Positions 10,411 through 21,700 of a stretch of DNA of 64,000 bases are shown piece after piece (position 1 is the stretch's first letter; every line of letters begins with the position of its first letter). The stretch comes from Prevotella sp. (GTDB taxonomy: Bacteria; Bacteroidota; Bacteroidia; Bacteroidales; Dysgonomonadaceae): positions 25,488 through 89,487 of the forward strand of contig JAITVV010000018.1 in assembly GCA_031285625.1 (NCBI GenBank). Direction: 5' to 3'. The notes beneath the pieces are model-generated. The model saw only the letters and a list, made by a program, of their open reading frames with translations. It did not search any database and had not been told where the DNA came from. The translations under genes were made by a program, and so were the position numbers.

Positions 10411-11766
10411 ATGATTTTATACGATGTTGCCATTATTGGCGGAGGGCCGGCTGGCTATACAGCAGCAGAGAGAGCTTCTGCAAATGGACTAAAAACTATA
10501 CTCTTCGAAAAGAATGCTTTGGGTGGTGTTTGTTTAAATGAAGGTTGTATTCCAACCAAAACACTTTTATATTCAGCTAAAACACTTGATAATATAAAAA
10601 ATTCCACAAAATATGGAATTACCGTAGAAGGTCAGCCCGCATTCGATCTGGGAAAGATAATCGCACGCAAACAAAAAACTGTACGTAAGTTAGTGGCAGG
10701 TATAAAGCAAAAACTGGCAGCTCATGATGTAACCGTTATTAGTGGTGAAGCAGCTATTGAAGGTGAGGACGGAGAACGGAATGTACTGATCTCTTGTAAT
10801 GGAGAAACTATCACAGCCGCCAAGGTATTGTTGTGTACCGGTTCCGAAACGGTTATTCCTCCTATTAAAGGATTAGATGAATCAGGGTATTGGACATCAA
10901 AGGAAGCCTTAGATAACAAGGAAGTGCCCGAGTCTTTAGCTATTATTGGCGGTGGTGTTATTGGTGTAGAGTTTGCTTCTTTCTTCAATAGTTTAGGCTC
11001 TAGGGTAACAGTAATAGAAATGTTGCCGGAAATACTAGGGGTAATGGATAAAGAATTATCTGCCATGCTTCGTGCTGAATATACAAAGAAAGGGATCGAA
11101 TTCCATTTAGATACCAAAGTTGTTGAAATCCGGAACGATCAAATTATAATAGAGAAAGATGGAGAACAATCATGTGTTCAGACTGCTCAGATACTACTCA
11201 GTACCGGACGCCGTCCTATCACGGCAAATCTTAATCTTGACAGGCTCGATATCGAGATGTTCAGAAATGGTGTAAAGGTAGACGAATGGATGAAAACATC
11301 GCATCCTAATGTATATGCATGCGGAGATATAACAGGTCATTCCCTGTTGGCACACACAGCTGTGCGTGAAGGCGAAGTTGCTATCAATCATATCTTAGAT
11401 AGGATTGATCATATGAACTATCAGGCTATCCCCGGAGTTGTATATACTAATCCTGAAATTGCCGGAGTAGGACAAACGGAAGAGGAGCTTACAGCAAAAG
11501 GTGAAAGATTTAGTGTACTTAAATTACCAATGGCGTATTCGGGACGCTTTGTCGCTGAAAACGAGCTCGGAAACGGTGTTTGCAAGCTAATTATCAGCGA
11601 AAATAAGAAAATAATAGGCTGCCATATGCTGGGAAATCCTGCATCTGAATTGATTGTTATTGCGGGTATTGCCATTGAGAAAAGTTTTACTGTTGAAGAG
11701 TTCCAAAAGATAGTCTTTCCGCATCCTACAGTAGGTGAAATCATTCATGAGGCATTGTTCTCCTAA
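10411..11766 (+). CDS. lpdA: dihydrolipoyl dehydrogenase
   Basis: GGGPAGY, GGVCLNEGCIPTK redox disulfide, GGGVIGVE, HPTVGE. Confidence 0.96.
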   Translation: MILYDVAIIGGGPAGYTAAERASANGLKTILFEKNALGGVCLNEGCIPTKTLLYSAKTLDNIKNSTKYGITVEGQPAFDLGKIIARKQKTVRKLVAGIKQKLAAHDVTVISGEAAIEGEDGERNVLISCNGETITAAKVLLCTGSETVIPPIKGLDESGYWTSKEALDNKEVPESLAIIGGGVIGVEFASFFNSLGSRVTVIEMLPEILGVMDKELSAMLRAEYTKKGIEFHLDTKVVEIRNDQIIIEKDGEQSCVQTAQILLSTGRRPITANLNLDRLDIEMFRNGVKVDEWMKTSHPNVYACGDITGHSLLAHTAVREGEVAINHILDRIDHMNYQAIPGVVYTNPEIAGVGQTEEELTAKGERFSVLKLPMAYSGRFVAENELGNGVCKLIISENKKIIGCHMLGNPASELIVIAGIAIEKSFTVEEFQKIVFPHPTVGEIIHEALFS

Positions 11767-11788
11767 ATGCTTATTTAGCATTTAGAAA

Positions 11789-12658
11789 CTAGCTTTGTCG
11801 GGGATCGATACCCCACATCAGCTTGTTTCGGAGAGTATTGTAGAATGTATTTTCTTTACGTTTAATCACCTTGAGCGTAAAGTCAGCTTTCTTAATAGTC
11901 AGTCTTGTTCCTGTTTTAAAGATATTTGACCGGCCATCCAGAGATATCAGGAAATTATCATTCCTGCTCTCTACTTCTAGAGTAATAATACTATCATCTG
12001 GTATTACCAATGGCCTGTTGCCAAGACTGTGCGGGGCAATAGCAGATATGACGAAATTAGAAGTTGTAGGGGTCATTATCGGACCTCCTACACTTAATGA
12101 ATAGGCCGTAGAGCCGGTCGGTGTTGCCACAATTAGCCCGTCAGCCTCATACGATGTCAGGTATTCATCATTGATATGTGCATGCAGTGTGATCATTGAT
12201 GCACTATCCTGTTTCATGATGGCTATTTCATTCAGTGCATAATTGAACCCGTGGTAAACTTTTTTCTCGGTGGATAATTGCAGTTGGCTACGGTGTTCTA
12301 TCCGGTAGTTTCCGTTAAAAATATCCGTAAAAGTTTCCTCCAGATCCTTTTCACCGACGTCAGCTAAAAAACCTAATCTTCCGGCATTTATCCCTAAAAT
12401 GGGTATATTCTTTTTACCTATCACCGAAGTAGTACGTAAGAAAGTCCCGTCACCACCTATGCTGACTACCAGATCCACATCAAAGTTTTCATCCTTTATG
12501 ATTCCGGCAATGTTATATTGCAGATGAAATGCATCTTTCAGATAATTATAGAATTTCTCCTGAAGGTATATTTCAATATTGTTATCGCCTAAGATGGAAA
12601 ACAACTTCTCTACTTGTTCTCTTTTCTGATGCTTACTTCCGAAGATGGCAATTTTCAT
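11789..12658 (-). CDS. nadK: NAD kinase
   Basis: GGDGT, GINAGRLGFL, NE, DGLIVATPTGSTAYSLSVGGP. Confidence 0.96.
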   Translation of the reverse strand: MKIAIFGSKHQKREQVEKLFSILGDNNIEIYLQEKFYNYLKDAFHLQYNIAGIIKDENFDVDLVVSIGGDGTFLRTTSVIGKKNIPILGINAGRLGFLADVGEKDLEETFTDIFNGNYRIEHRSQLQLSTEKKVYHGFNYALNEIAIMKQDSASMITLHAHINDEYLTSYEADGLIVATPTGSTAYSLSVGGPIMTPTTSNFVISAIAPHSLGNRPLVIPDDSIITLEVESRNDNFLISLDGRSNIFKTGTRLTIKKADFTLKVIKRKENTFYNTLRNKLMWGIDPRQS

Positions 12659-12864
12659 AATTCTTTCTTTTTAGATCGATCTATTTGTACACAAAACAAA
12701 TAATCACTCAAGCTGTTAATAAAATGGAACTGATACCCGCTTTTTCAGCAAATCATATTACATTTGTAGCTTAATATCGTTTCACAAAGTTGCTAAAAAA
12801 CTTTTAACTGTGAAGTGGTTTTTGCAATTATGTAAGTGATATTTTTTAATTGTTCAATTCAGAT

Positions 12865-13590
12865 ATGACAAAGTTAAGCGTAAATATTAATAAGGTAGCT
12901 ACATTACGTAATGCTCGTGGAGGAAATGTTCCCGATGTAATCAAAGTGGCTCTTGATTGTGAGAGATTCGGGGCTGAAGGAATTACTGTTCATCCTCGTC
13001 CGGATGAGAGACATATTCGTTTCAAAGATGTATATGATCTGAAAGCTAAGATCAGGACAGAACTAAATGTGGAAGGGTATCCTACTCAGAAGTTCATTGA
13101 TTTGATCACGACCATTAGGCCAACACAGGTAACATTAGTTCCTGATAAACCGGATGCAATTACTTCAAATGCCGGTTGGGATACGATTGAGAACCAACAA
13201 TTTTTGTCTGACCTGATTGATACATTTAGAGCTGTAGGTGTTCGTACTTCTATCTTTGTGGGCACTGATCTCAAAATAATAGAATTTGCAGCTAAAACCG
13301 GTACGGATAGAGTTGAATTATATACCGAACCTTATGCCAATATTTATGCTAAAAATAAGGAAGAGGCCGTTGCTCCTTTTATTGAAGCCGCTAAGCTGGT
13401 AAAAAAACTCGGACTTGGCGTTAATGCAGGTCATGATTTGAGTTTAGAGAATCTGAATTATCTATATAAAAATATCCCTTGGCTTGATGAGGTCTCTATT
13501 GGGCATGCTCTGATCAGTGATGCTCTTTATTTGGGTTTGGATAAGACAATAAAAGCATATAAAGACTGTTTGAAAGATAAACAAGATTAA
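12865..13590 (+). CDS. pdxJ: pyridoxine 5'-phosphate synthase
   Basis: [41 protein letters not shown]. Confidence 0.96.
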   Translation: MTKLSVNINKVATLRNARGGNVPDVIKVALDCERFGAEGITVHPRPDERHIRFKDVYDLKAKIRTELNVEGYPTQKFIDLITTIRPTQVTLVPDKPDAITSNAGWDTIENQQFLSDLIDTFRAVGVRTSIFVGTDLKIIEFAAKTGTDRVELYTEPYANIYAKNKEEAVAPFIEAAKLVKKLGLGVNAGHDLSLENLNYLYKNIPWLDEVSIGHALISDALYLGLDKTIKAYKDCLKDKQD

Positions 13591-13592
13591 AA

Positions 13593-14456
13593 ATGGAGGC
13601 ACAAAAAGACAGAATGATAAGCATAGGGGCAACTGTAGGGTTCCACTTACTGATTATTTTAGCTCTTATCTTTTATACTTTGGATCTGACACCTATTGTG
13701 AGACAGAGCGAAGATTTGGGAGGTGTGCCCGTTATGTTCGGCAATGTTCCCGATGCCTTTGGTGATGATGAACCTTTTGGACGGGGAAATGGTGATGTTG
13801 GTGCCACAGAAGCTACATCTCCTAATGTGGTGGAAGATCCAATTCCGTTAGTGGATAATACTTCTAAAGAAGTGAAGCCAGTGGTAAAAAATGCAGATGA
13901 GGCTCCCGTTACTCAAAACTTTGAAGAAACAGTAGCCATAAAAGAGGCTGCTAAAAAAATTGAGGCAAAAAAACAACAGGAAGCTGAGGAGAAACGTAAA
14001 AAAGCTGAGGCGGATCGTATTATACAACAAGAGGCTGCTAAGAAAGGGCAGATAAATGATAAAATGGCCGGATTGTTTGGTAATGGAACTGGCAGTGGTA
14101 GTCGGGGTAATACAGAAGGTACCGGTACTCAAGGCGTTCCTACCGGAAATGCCAGCTATGGGAAAACATCCGGAGTTGGAGGATGGGGTTCTTTCGATCT
14201 TGGTGGACGTAGTCTTGGCAGCGGCGGACTGATCAAGCCCAATTATTCTGTGGATGACTATGGTACTGTTGTTGTCGATATCCTTGTCGACGCCAAAGGT
14301 AATGTGGTAGAAGCAACAATTGGGAAAGGAACAAATACCCCTAATACTAATTTGCGGAATGAAGCCGTAAGAGCTGCTAAACGTACTAAGTTTAATGCTG
14401 TATCATCTGTCACAAATCAAAAGGGAACAATCACATATAAGTTTAATCTAAATTAA
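13593..14456 (+). CDS. TonB/TolA-like energy transducer
   Basis: N-terminal TM anchor with His, K/E/A-rich helix, Gly-rich linker, C-terminal GTVVVDILVD..G.V...QKGTITYKF TonB_C fold. Confidence 0.8.
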   Translation: MEAQKDRMISIGATVGFHLLIILALIFYTLDLTPIVRQSEDLGGVPVMFGNVPDAFGDDEPFGRGNGDVGATEATSPNVVEDPIPLVDNTSKEVKPVVKNADEAPVTQNFEETVAIKEAAKKIEAKKQQEAEEKRKKAEADRIIQQEAAKKGQINDKMAGLFGNGTGSGSRGNTEGTGTQGVPTGNASYGKTSGVGGWGSFDLGGRSLGSGGLIKPNYSVDDYGTVVVDILVDAKGNVVEATIGKGTNTPNTNLRNEAVRAAKRTKFNAVSSVTNQKGTITYKFNLN

Positions 14457-14462
14457 ATTGAT

Positions 14463-15005
14463 ATGAAGACTATATTCTTATTTCTTACAACCGGATTTGA
14501 AGAAATCGAAGCGCTGGGTACTCTTGATATTCTGCGTCGTGCGGAACTTGATGTTAAATCAGTATCGTTGACTGATAGCAAACAAGTAACGAGTAGTCGT
14601 AACGTTTTAGTTGTAGCCGATCTGATGTTTGATCAGGTTGACTTTTCTCAGGCTGAGATGTTGGTTCTGCCTGGTGGCACACCTAAATTTAATGATCATG
14701 AGAATATGAAGAAGGAACTTTTAGCCTTTGCCAATAAAGGTAATAAAGTTGCAGCTATATGTGCTTCACCAATGGTACTTGGTGGATTAGGTTTGCTTGA
14801 AGGGAAAAATGCAACTTGCTATCCCGGCTTTGAGCAGTACCTCAAAGGAGCTACTCTTCAAACCGACAAATCTGTGGTTATAGATGGAAATATCACTACA
14901 GGTCGTGGTCCGGGACTAACTATAGATTTTGCCCTCAGTCTGGTAGAGCAACTTGCTGGTAAAGCTAAGAGGGATGAAGTAGCTGCCGGATTATTGGTTC
15001 AATAA
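14463..15005 (+). CDS. DJ-1/PfpI (YajL/ThiJ-like) protein
   Basis: GFEEIE, LPGG, AAICASP, ATCYPG, TGRGPG. Confidence 0.92.
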   Translation: MKTIFLFLTTGFEEIEALGTLDILRRAELDVKSVSLTDSKQVTSSRNVLVVADLMFDQVDFSQAEMLVLPGGTPKFNDHENMKKELLAFANKGNKVAAICASPMVLGGLGLLEGKNATCYPGFEQYLKGATLQTDKSVVIDGNITTGRGPGLTIDFALSLVEQLAGKAKRDEVAAGLLVQ

Positions 15006-15086
15006 AATTTATTTAGGAATGATGGGGTGCGAATCTCATCATTTCTAATATTATTCTATATAATATTAAGTAACACAACTCTAAAA

Positions 15087-15773
15087 ATGGAATTTTTACA
15101 TGAAGTTTGGACCTTCTTTCTTAATTTGTTAAGAGATACAGGTGGAACGTTAGACATGCTTGTAACAGAATATGGTGTATGGGTATATGCTATATTATTT
15201 TTGATTATCTTTTGTGAAACCGGATTGGTTGTAACACCCTTTTTACCAGGTGATTCTCTATTATTCTTAGCAGGAGCCATCGCTGTACGTCCCGATAATC
15301 CATTACACATTTATTTCCTCGTTGGTATTCTGATTGTAGCAGCTATTATAGGAGATGCCGCCAATTACACCATCGGGCGATTTTTTGGACAGAAACTATT
15401 TAGTAATCCTAAATCTAAAATATTTAAGCAAGAGTATCTGGAAAAAACGAATAAGTTTTATGAGAAGCATGGAGGTAAGACTATTATCCTAGCACGCTTT
15501 GTCCCTATTGTACGCACATTTGCTCCATTTGTAGCCGGCATGGGTAGAATGAGTTATAAACATTTCTTCTCATATAATGTTATAGGAGGTATAGCCTGGG
15601 TTTGTATATTCTGTGCTTTGGGCGCTATTATAGGTAGTAATGCTTGGGTTGAAAAGAACTTGGATAAGGTTGTAATAATTATTGTAATTGTTTCCATCTT
15701 ACCTGGTGTATATGAAGTTGCCAAAGCAAAATGGGTATCAAGGAAGGAAGCTAAAGCTAAAGCAGAGAACTAA
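15087..15773 (+). CDS. dedA: DedA family membrane protein
   Basis: FCETGLVVTPFLPGDSLLF, ARFVPIVRTFAPFVAG. Confidence 0.92.
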   Translation: MEFLHEVWTFFLNLLRDTGGTLDMLVTEYGVWVYAILFLIIFCETGLVVTPFLPGDSLLFLAGAIAVRPDNPLHIYFLVGILIVAAIIGDAANYTIGRFFGQKLFSNPKSKIFKQEYLEKTNKFYEKHGGKTIILARFVPIVRTFAPFVAGMGRMSYKHFFSYNVIGGIAWVCIFCALGAIIGSNAWVEKNLDKVVIIIVIVSILPGVYEVAKAKWVSRKEAKAKAEN

Positions 15774-15801
15774 AATATAGATTTATTATCTTAATTCTTT
15801 T

Positions 15802-15852
15802 ACCACTTACACTTATAGGGATAATTGTGCCCTACGGTGAAGGTGGTTTTTT
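15802..15852 (+). terminator. probable intrinsic terminator after dedA
   Basis: ACCACTT...TAGGG-loop-CCCTA...AGGTGGT imperfect stem followed by a T run. Confidence 0.5.
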
Positions 15853-15875
15853 ATTTATTAAAAAACGATCTACAT

Positions 15876-17174
15876 ATGAGTCAAATTGCAAATATCCCTG
15901 ATTCAGGAAGTAAGAAAAGGTTAGTAATAATAGGAGGTGGCTTTGCTGGTCTGGAGCTGGCAAAAAAGATCAATAAAAGTCATTATCAGGTGGTATTAAT
16001 TGATAAGAATAATTATTATCAATTTCAACCATTGTTTTATCAGGTTGCCACAGGCGGTTTGGAACCAAGCTCTATATCTTACCCGCACCGGAAGAACTTT
16101 CAGAAGAATAAGAACTTTCATTTTCGCATGTGTGAGGCAGAATGTGTGGAGGCGGAGAATAAATTGGTAAAAACGAATATTGGAGATATTACTTATGATT
16201 ATCTGGTAGTATCTACAGGATGCGATACCAATTATTTTGGAAATGATAGCCTGAAAGAGAGTACCTTTGCTCTGAAAACCGTATCAGAATCCCTTTTACT
16301 CAGAAACCGTATTTTATTAAGTTTTGAAGAAGCTTTAAATGCTAAGGATGACAAAGAATTAAGAGAAATATTATCTTTTGTTATAGTAGGTGGAGGTGCT
16401 ACCGGAGTAGAGCTAGCTGGCGCTTTGGCCGATATGAAAAAATCTATTTTGCCAAAAGACTATCCTGAAATAGATTTTTCCAAGATGGAAATACATTTAG
16501 TAGATGCATCTCCCAGATTGTTATTTGCAATGTCGGAAAAAGCTTCGGAGAATGCCGCTAAAACATTGCGGGGTAGGGGAGTCATAATCCATCAGGATAT
16601 TTCTGTTAAATCTTATAATAAACCTTGTGTCGAAATAAGTGATGGCACCCATCTTTATACCCGTAATGTGTTTTGGGTGGCCGGGGTGAAACCAAATAGT
16701 CTGAAGGGACTCGAAGAAACGGCCTATAACCGGGGACGCCTTGCCGTAAATGAATTTAATCAGGTGCAAGGTTATGATGACATCTTTGCTATTGGAGATA
16801 CAGCATTATTGATATCTGACAATAGTCCCAAGGGGCATCCTCAAGTTGCACAAGTAGCTTTACAGATGGCTAAGCGTTTAGCGAAGAATCTGAATAATAC
16901 GGCTGAAGGCAAGAGCTGGGATAAGTTCTCCTATATAGATAAAGGATCTTTAGCTACAATCGGGCGAAATGCAGCTGTTGCAGACCTTGGTAAATTCCGT
17001 TTTGGTGGTTGGTTTGCATGGTGGTTGTGGTTATGGGTACATATCCTTTCTATAGTAGGTATGCGAAATAAAGTTTCCGTGTTTATTGATTGGGTATGGA
17101 GTTATCTTAACTATGATGTATCTTTGCGTCTCTTTATCCGGCCTAAGTTTAATAAGATGTATAAGGAAGAATGA
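15876..17174 (+). CDS. ndh: type II NADH:quinone oxidoreductase
   Basis: GGGFAG, FQPLFYQVATG, VGGGATGVELAG, AIGD, AQVALQ, YIDKGSLATIGRN. Confidence 0.92.
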   Translation: MSQIANIPDSGSKKRLVIIGGGFAGLELAKKINKSHYQVVLIDKNNYYQFQPLFYQVATGGLEPSSISYPHRKNFQKNKNFHFRMCEAECVEAENKLVKTNIGDITYDYLVVSTGCDTNYFGNDSLKESTFALKTVSESLLLRNRILLSFEEALNAKDDKELREILSFVIVGGGATGVELAGALADMKKSILPKDYPEIDFSKMEIHLVDASPRLLFAMSEKASENAAKTLRGRGVIIHQDISVKSYNKPCVEISDGTHLYTRNVFWVAGVKPNSLKGLEETAYNRGRLAVNEFNQVQGYDDIFAIGDTALLISDNSPKGHPQVAQVALQMAKRLAKNLNNTAEGKSWDKFSYIDKGSLATIGRNAAVADLGKFRFGGWFAWWLWLWVHILSIVGMRNKVSVFIDWVWSYLNYDVSLRLFIRPKFNKMYKEE

Positions 17175-17698
17175 ACTTTATAAGAGTGAATGAAAATGAT
17201 GGATGGTATAAACAAATTCTCGAAATTTATAAGCCATCTTTTCCTCTATACGAACAAAGAAACGAAGAGCAGCAGAGAAAGGCTTTTGAAGATAATCGTT
17301 ATCATCTTTTGGCAAAACTGGCTGAAAATGATGATTTCAAACTAGCCTCTTTTATTTCATACTGGGATTTTGACAGCTATGTTTATATCGAGCATTTTGC
17401 TGTAAATTCAATCATGAGAGGTCAAAATATTGGGAGTTCTTCATTAAAGCTATTTGCTGACCTTATTAAGAAGCCTGTTTTATTAGAAATAGATCCTTTA
17501 GTCGACGATATTTCGAAGAGCCGTTTTCATTTTTATGAAAAACTGGGCTATCAATTAAATACTTATAAACATTTTCATCCGGCATATAATCCGGAGTTTA
17601 AGCCTCATGAATTATTGGTATTGAGCTATCCGGAAAAGATTGATCAAAAGCAATATGACCAATTTCGACATGATTTGGAATATGTTGTCATGAAATGA
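17171..17698 (+). CDS. GNAT family N-acetyltransferase
   Basis: YIEHFAV..MRGQNIGS acetyl-CoA motif A, FYEKLGY. Confidence 0.85.
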   Translation: MNFIRVNENDGWYKQILEIYKPSFPLYEQRNEEQQRKAFEDNRYHLLAKLAENDDFKLASFISYWDFDSYVYIEHFAVNSIMRGQNIGSSSLKLFADLIKKPVLLEIDPLVDDISKSRFHFYEKLGYQLNTYKHFHPAYNPEFKPHELLVLSYPEKIDQKQYDQFRHDLEYVVMK

Positions 17699-17700
17699 TT

Positions 17701-18492
17701 TTATCTGCTATCTTTAAGGTATAAATACCAATAGACGCACCCAACTAGAAGTACACCTCCAACCAGATTGCCTAAGGTGGCAGGTATTAGGTTCTGAATT
17801 ATAAAGTCACCCCATGCTACACCAGCTCCCGAATAGATTGCTGCAGGAATAAAAAACATATTGGCTATAGAGTGTTCATAACCTAGTGTAACAAATAGCA
17901 TGACTGGAATCCAGATTCCAATACATTTACCTATGATATCCTTAGATGCATATCCCATCCACATACCTAAACATACCAGCCAGTTAGCGCCGATTCCTTT
18001 TATAAAAACAGTGTAGAAATCTTGATTTACTTTGGCTTCTGCAAGATGATGTAAGTACGATTGCCAAGGCTCTTTATCGAAAAATCCAATACTGGAACTA
18101 AACCAATAGGCTATTATCTGAGCCCCTAAGAAGTTGAAAATATAAGATAAAGTCAGGAACTTAATGAACGCTGGAATTCGTATTCTATTCTGTAATAATG
18201 GTATAGAAAAAGCTGTGCAATCACTGGTAAATAAATCAGCCCCTGTGAAAGAAACAATAATTAATCCGACAGGAAATAAAGCTCCGGCAATGAATTTTAC
18301 TAATCCGGGATTCTCTGTGCCTAGTCCGGGTATCCCACCCGCAACCATAACAGACAACAGCCCTCCAAAGGCAATAAATACCCCACCAAGTATAGCGATA
18401 ATACAGAACTTTATAAGTGATAGATTCATTTTGTAAACACCGGAATTTGCAAACTCCTTTGCGATATCTGTGGGGTCATTATAATTTTTCAT
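17701..18492 (-). CDS. formate/nitrite transporter (FocA-like)
   Basis: LFPVGL...GADLFT, KGIGANWLVC, GYEHSIANMF, TLGNLVGG. Confidence 0.92.
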   Translation of the reverse strand: MKNYNDPTDIAKEFANSGVYKMNLSLIKFCIIAILGGVFIAFGGLLSVMVAGGIPGLGTENPGLVKFIAGALFPVGLIIVSFTGADLFTSDCTAFSIPLLQNRIRIPAFIKFLTLSYIFNFLGAQIIAYWFSSSIGFFDKEPWQSYLHHLAEAKVNQDFYTVFIKGIGANWLVCLGMWMGYASKDIIGKCIGIWIPVMLFVTLGYEHSIANMFFIPAAIYSGAGVAWGDFIIQNLIPATLGNLVGGVLLVGCVYWYLYLKDSR

Positions 18493-18507
18493 TATTTACT
18501 TTAGATT

Positions 18508-19233
18508 TCAGTATATTAGCTTTAGTCCATTATTCCGAAAAATGCTTTCAGCGTTTTCTATTTCGGCTTGGGTAGGAGTCGGTACATCCTTAAGTTTGTA
18601 TTGCTGTTCTATTTCTTCCCATTTATGTAATCCCATCTGATGAAAAGGAAGGATATCCACCCTTTCCACATTCTCAAATTTTGACGCATATACAGCCCAA
18701 TTATTCAAGTCTTCCGCATCATCAGTAAAACCCGGAACAAGAACATATCTTAGCCATACAGGTTTCTGGATTTCTGACAAATACTCCATAAACCTGAATG
18801 TTGGTTCGAGAGGTCTTGCTGTCAGATTTTTATATTTTTTGGGATTAATATGCTTTATATCGAGTAGAACAAGGTCAGTATATTCCAAAACTTCTTTTAC
18901 TTTATTATTTAGAACATAACCTGATGTATCAACTGCGGTATGTAGTCCCTCAGTTTTGCATAACTTGAATAGTTCAGTGACGAACTCTGACTGTAAAAGA
19001 GGTTCACCTCCAGATACAGTTACTCCTCCGTTTTTAATAAAGGACTTGATTTTGAGTATATCAGACAGAACTTCTTCAGGTGATAACTCATATTTTTTAT
19101 CAGCAATATTCCATGTATCAGGATTGTGACAATAAAGGCATCTTAGCGGACAGCCTTGCATAAATAATACAAAGCGAATACCTGGTCCGTCTTTAGTGCC
19201 GAATGTTTCAAATGAATGTATCAATCCCTTCAT
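18508..19233 (-). CDS. pflA: pyruvate formate-lyase activating enzyme (radical SAM)
   Basis: DGPGIRFVLFMQGCPLRCLYCHNPDTW CxxxCxxC, SGGEP, LPFHQMG. Confidence 0.97.
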   Translation of the reverse strand: MKGLIHSFETFGTKDGPGIRFVLFMQGCPLRCLYCHNPDTWNIADKKYELSPEEVLSDILKIKSFIKNGGVTVSGGEPLLQSEFVTELFKLCKTEGLHTAVDTSGYVLNNKVKEVLEYTDLVLLDIKHINPKKYKNLTARPLEPTFRFMEYLSEIQKPVWLRYVLVPGFTDDAEDLNNWAVYASKFENVERVDILPFHQMGLHKWEEIEQQYKLKDVPTPTQAEIENAESIFRNNGLKLIY

Positions 19234-19299
19234 TCCGATAGTTATGAATAGAAATCAGGCAGAAATGGAAGCCCAATCTGCCTGATAATAATTATACAA

Positions 19300-21531
19300 T
19301 TAGATGGACATAGTTATTGTCCTGTTTATAACATCTAACTGTTGTTCTCTTGTAAGTTTAATGAAATTAACAGCATAGCCTGATACCCGGATTGTTAACT
19401 GAGGATATTGCTCCGGATGCTCCATAGCATCAATCAATAGTTGCCTGTCAAAAACATTTACATTCAAATGATGTCCTGTCTGCAAGAAATATCCATCCAG
19501 TAATCCTGATAGATTCTGCGCTTCTTCTTCCTTATTCTTCCCTAATGTATTTGGAGTAATAGCAAATGTATAAGATATACCATCATTTGCGTGTTCGAAA
19601 GGAAGTTTTGCTACCGATGAAAGTGATGCTACTGCACCCTTGGTATCACGTCCGTGCATTGGATTAGCTCCGGGTGCGAACGGAGTGCCATCACGACGGC
19701 CATCAGGTGTATTACCTGTTTTCTTTCCGTAAACGACATTAGATGTAATAGTCAATACAGACTGTGTAGGGATTGCATCCTTGTACATCTTACGTTTACG
19801 AATTTTGTTCATAAATGTTTCTACAATGTCTACCGCAAATTGGTCTGTACTATCATCATTATTTCCAAATGGAACATAGTCTTTCTCATTGATATAATCT
19901 ATTGCATCTCCATCAGCATCTCTTACAATACGTACTTTACCATACTTAATTGCTGCAAATGAGTCTGCAATGATGGATAGGCCCGACACGCCGAATGCCT
20001 GTGTGCGTACAATATCCACATCGTGAAGAGCCATTTCAAGGGCTTCGTATGAATATTTGTCGTGCATATAGTGGATTATGTTCAGGGCTTTTACATAGGT
20101 TTCTGCTACCCAGTCGAGTGTACGGTCAAATTTTTCCCATACTTCGTCAAAATCCAGATAATCGCCTGTCACTTTCTCTACCCAATGTTTAGGTAATACC
20201 TGAGCTTTTGTTTTTTCATCTTTACCTCCATTTATTGTGTAAAGTAACGCTTTAGGTAAATTGGCACGAGCTCCGAAAAACTGCATCTGATGGCCAATAC
20301 GCATAGGTGAAACACAACATGCAATACCATAATCATCTCCTAGCTGAGGACGCATCAGATCGTCATTCTCGTATTGAAGGGAAGATGTGTCAATAGATAC
20401 TTTTGCACAGTATTTCTTCCATGGCTCAGGTAAACGGTCACTCCAAAGAATCGTCAGATTCGGTTCTGGAGCAGGTCCCAGATTATAGAGCGTATGCAGC
20501 ATACGGAAACTGTTTTTTGTTACCATTGAGCGGCCATTGTTGGTCATACCTCCTATTGACTCCGTAACCCAAACCGGATCTCCTGAGAATAGCTCATTGT
20601 ATTCACTGGTACGAAGGAAACGCACAATACGCAGCTTCATAACAAAATGGTCTATCATTTCCTGAGCCTCTTTCTCAGTAATGATACCATTCTTAAGATC
20701 GCGTTCGATATAGATATCCAAAAAGGTAGTAACACGTCCCAAACTCATCGCAGCACCATTTTGATCTTTGATTGCACCCAGATACCCGAAATATGTCCAC
20801 TGGATAGCTTCCTGTGCATTAGTAGCAGGCTTAGATATATCGAACCCATAAGCTGCCGCCATACGCTTAAGCGCTTTTAAGGCCTGTATCTGAGAACTTA
20901 ATTCTTCACGAAGACGGATCAGATCGTCTGTCATAACAATAGGATCACATTCTTTGAATCGTCTTTCACGTTCAACAATCAAACGGTCTACACCATAGAG
21001 GGCGACACGGCGATAATCACCGATAATACGTCCACGCCCGTATGCATCTGGTAGTCCGGTTAGTAAGCCATTGCTTCTGGCACGACGGATACTATCGGTA
21101 TATGCAGAGAATACACCTTCGTTGTGAGTCCTGCGGTATTTGGAAAATATTTCAGTTGTGATTGGATCCAGTTTATAACCGTATTCTTCGAGACTTTGTT
21201 GCACCATACGGAGCCCTCCATTAGGGAAGATAGCCCTCTTAAGAGGTTTGTCTGCCTGTACACCCACTATCTTTTCCAGATCTTTGTCAATATAGCCTGC
21301 CCCATAAGCATCTATCTGGGATGGAATCTTAGTTTCGGCATCATAGACACCTTTTTCTTTCTCTATTTTGAACATTTCACTGAGTTTATCCCACAATTTT
21401 GTGGTAGCTTCAGTTGGTCCTTCAAGAAAATTTTCATCACCAGTGTACTCTGTATAATTTTTCAGGATAAAATCGTTCACATCGATCTTATCTTTCCACT
21501 TTACTCCTGCAAAATCTTTATATGCTTCCAT
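19300..21531 (-). CDS. pflB: pyruvate formate-lyase (formate C-acetyltransferase)
   Basis: [24 protein letters not shown] active-site cysteines, IRVSGYAV glycyl-radical loop. Confidence 0.98.
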   Translation of the reverse strand: MEAYKDFAGVKWKDKIDVNDFILKNYTEYTGDENFLEGPTEATTKLWDKLSEMFKIEKEKGVYDAETKIPSQIDAYGAGYIDKDLEKIVGVQADKPLKRAIFPNGGLRMVQQSLEEYGYKLDPITTEIFSKYRRTHNEGVFSAYTDSIRRARSNGLLTGLPDAYGRGRIIGDYRRVALYGVDRLIVERERRFKECDPIVMTDDLIRLREELSSQIQALKALKRMAAAYGFDISKPATNAQEAIQWTYFGYLGAIKDQNGAAMSLGRVTTFLDIYIERDLKNGIITEKEAQEMIDHFVMKLRIVRFLRTSEYNELFSGDPVWVTESIGGMTNNGRSMVTKNSFRMLHTLYNLGPAPEPNLTILWSDRLPEPWKKYCAKVSIDTSSLQYENDDLMRPQLGDDYGIACCVSPMRIGHQMQFFGARANLPKALLYTINGGKDEKTKAQVLPKHWVEKVTGDYLDFDEVWEKFDRTLDWVAETYVKALNIIHYMHDKYSYEALEMALHDVDIVRTQAFGVSGLSIIADSFAAIKYGKVRIVRDADGDAIDYINEKDYVPFGNNDDSTDQFAVDIVETFMNKIRKRKMYKDAIPTQSVLTITSNVVYGKKTGNTPDGRRDGTPFAPGANPMHGRDTKGAVASLSSVAKLPFEHANDGISYTFAITPNTLGKNKEEEAQNLSGLLDGYFLQTGHHLNVNVFDRQLLIDAMEHPEQYPQLTIRVSGYAVNFIKLTREQQLDVINRTITMSI

Positions 21532-21700
21532 TTATTTAATTATTTATTAAAATATGTTTGTCCTTCTTTATGAAGCTTATCAGGGATAAATGAAGACAAA
21601 AAGTATGCCTAACAATAGACATAAAAATTAAAATGCTTAAATAAAAAATAATAAAAGAGAATAAGAACACATTTTATATAAAATATATCAGAAGTTCTCC

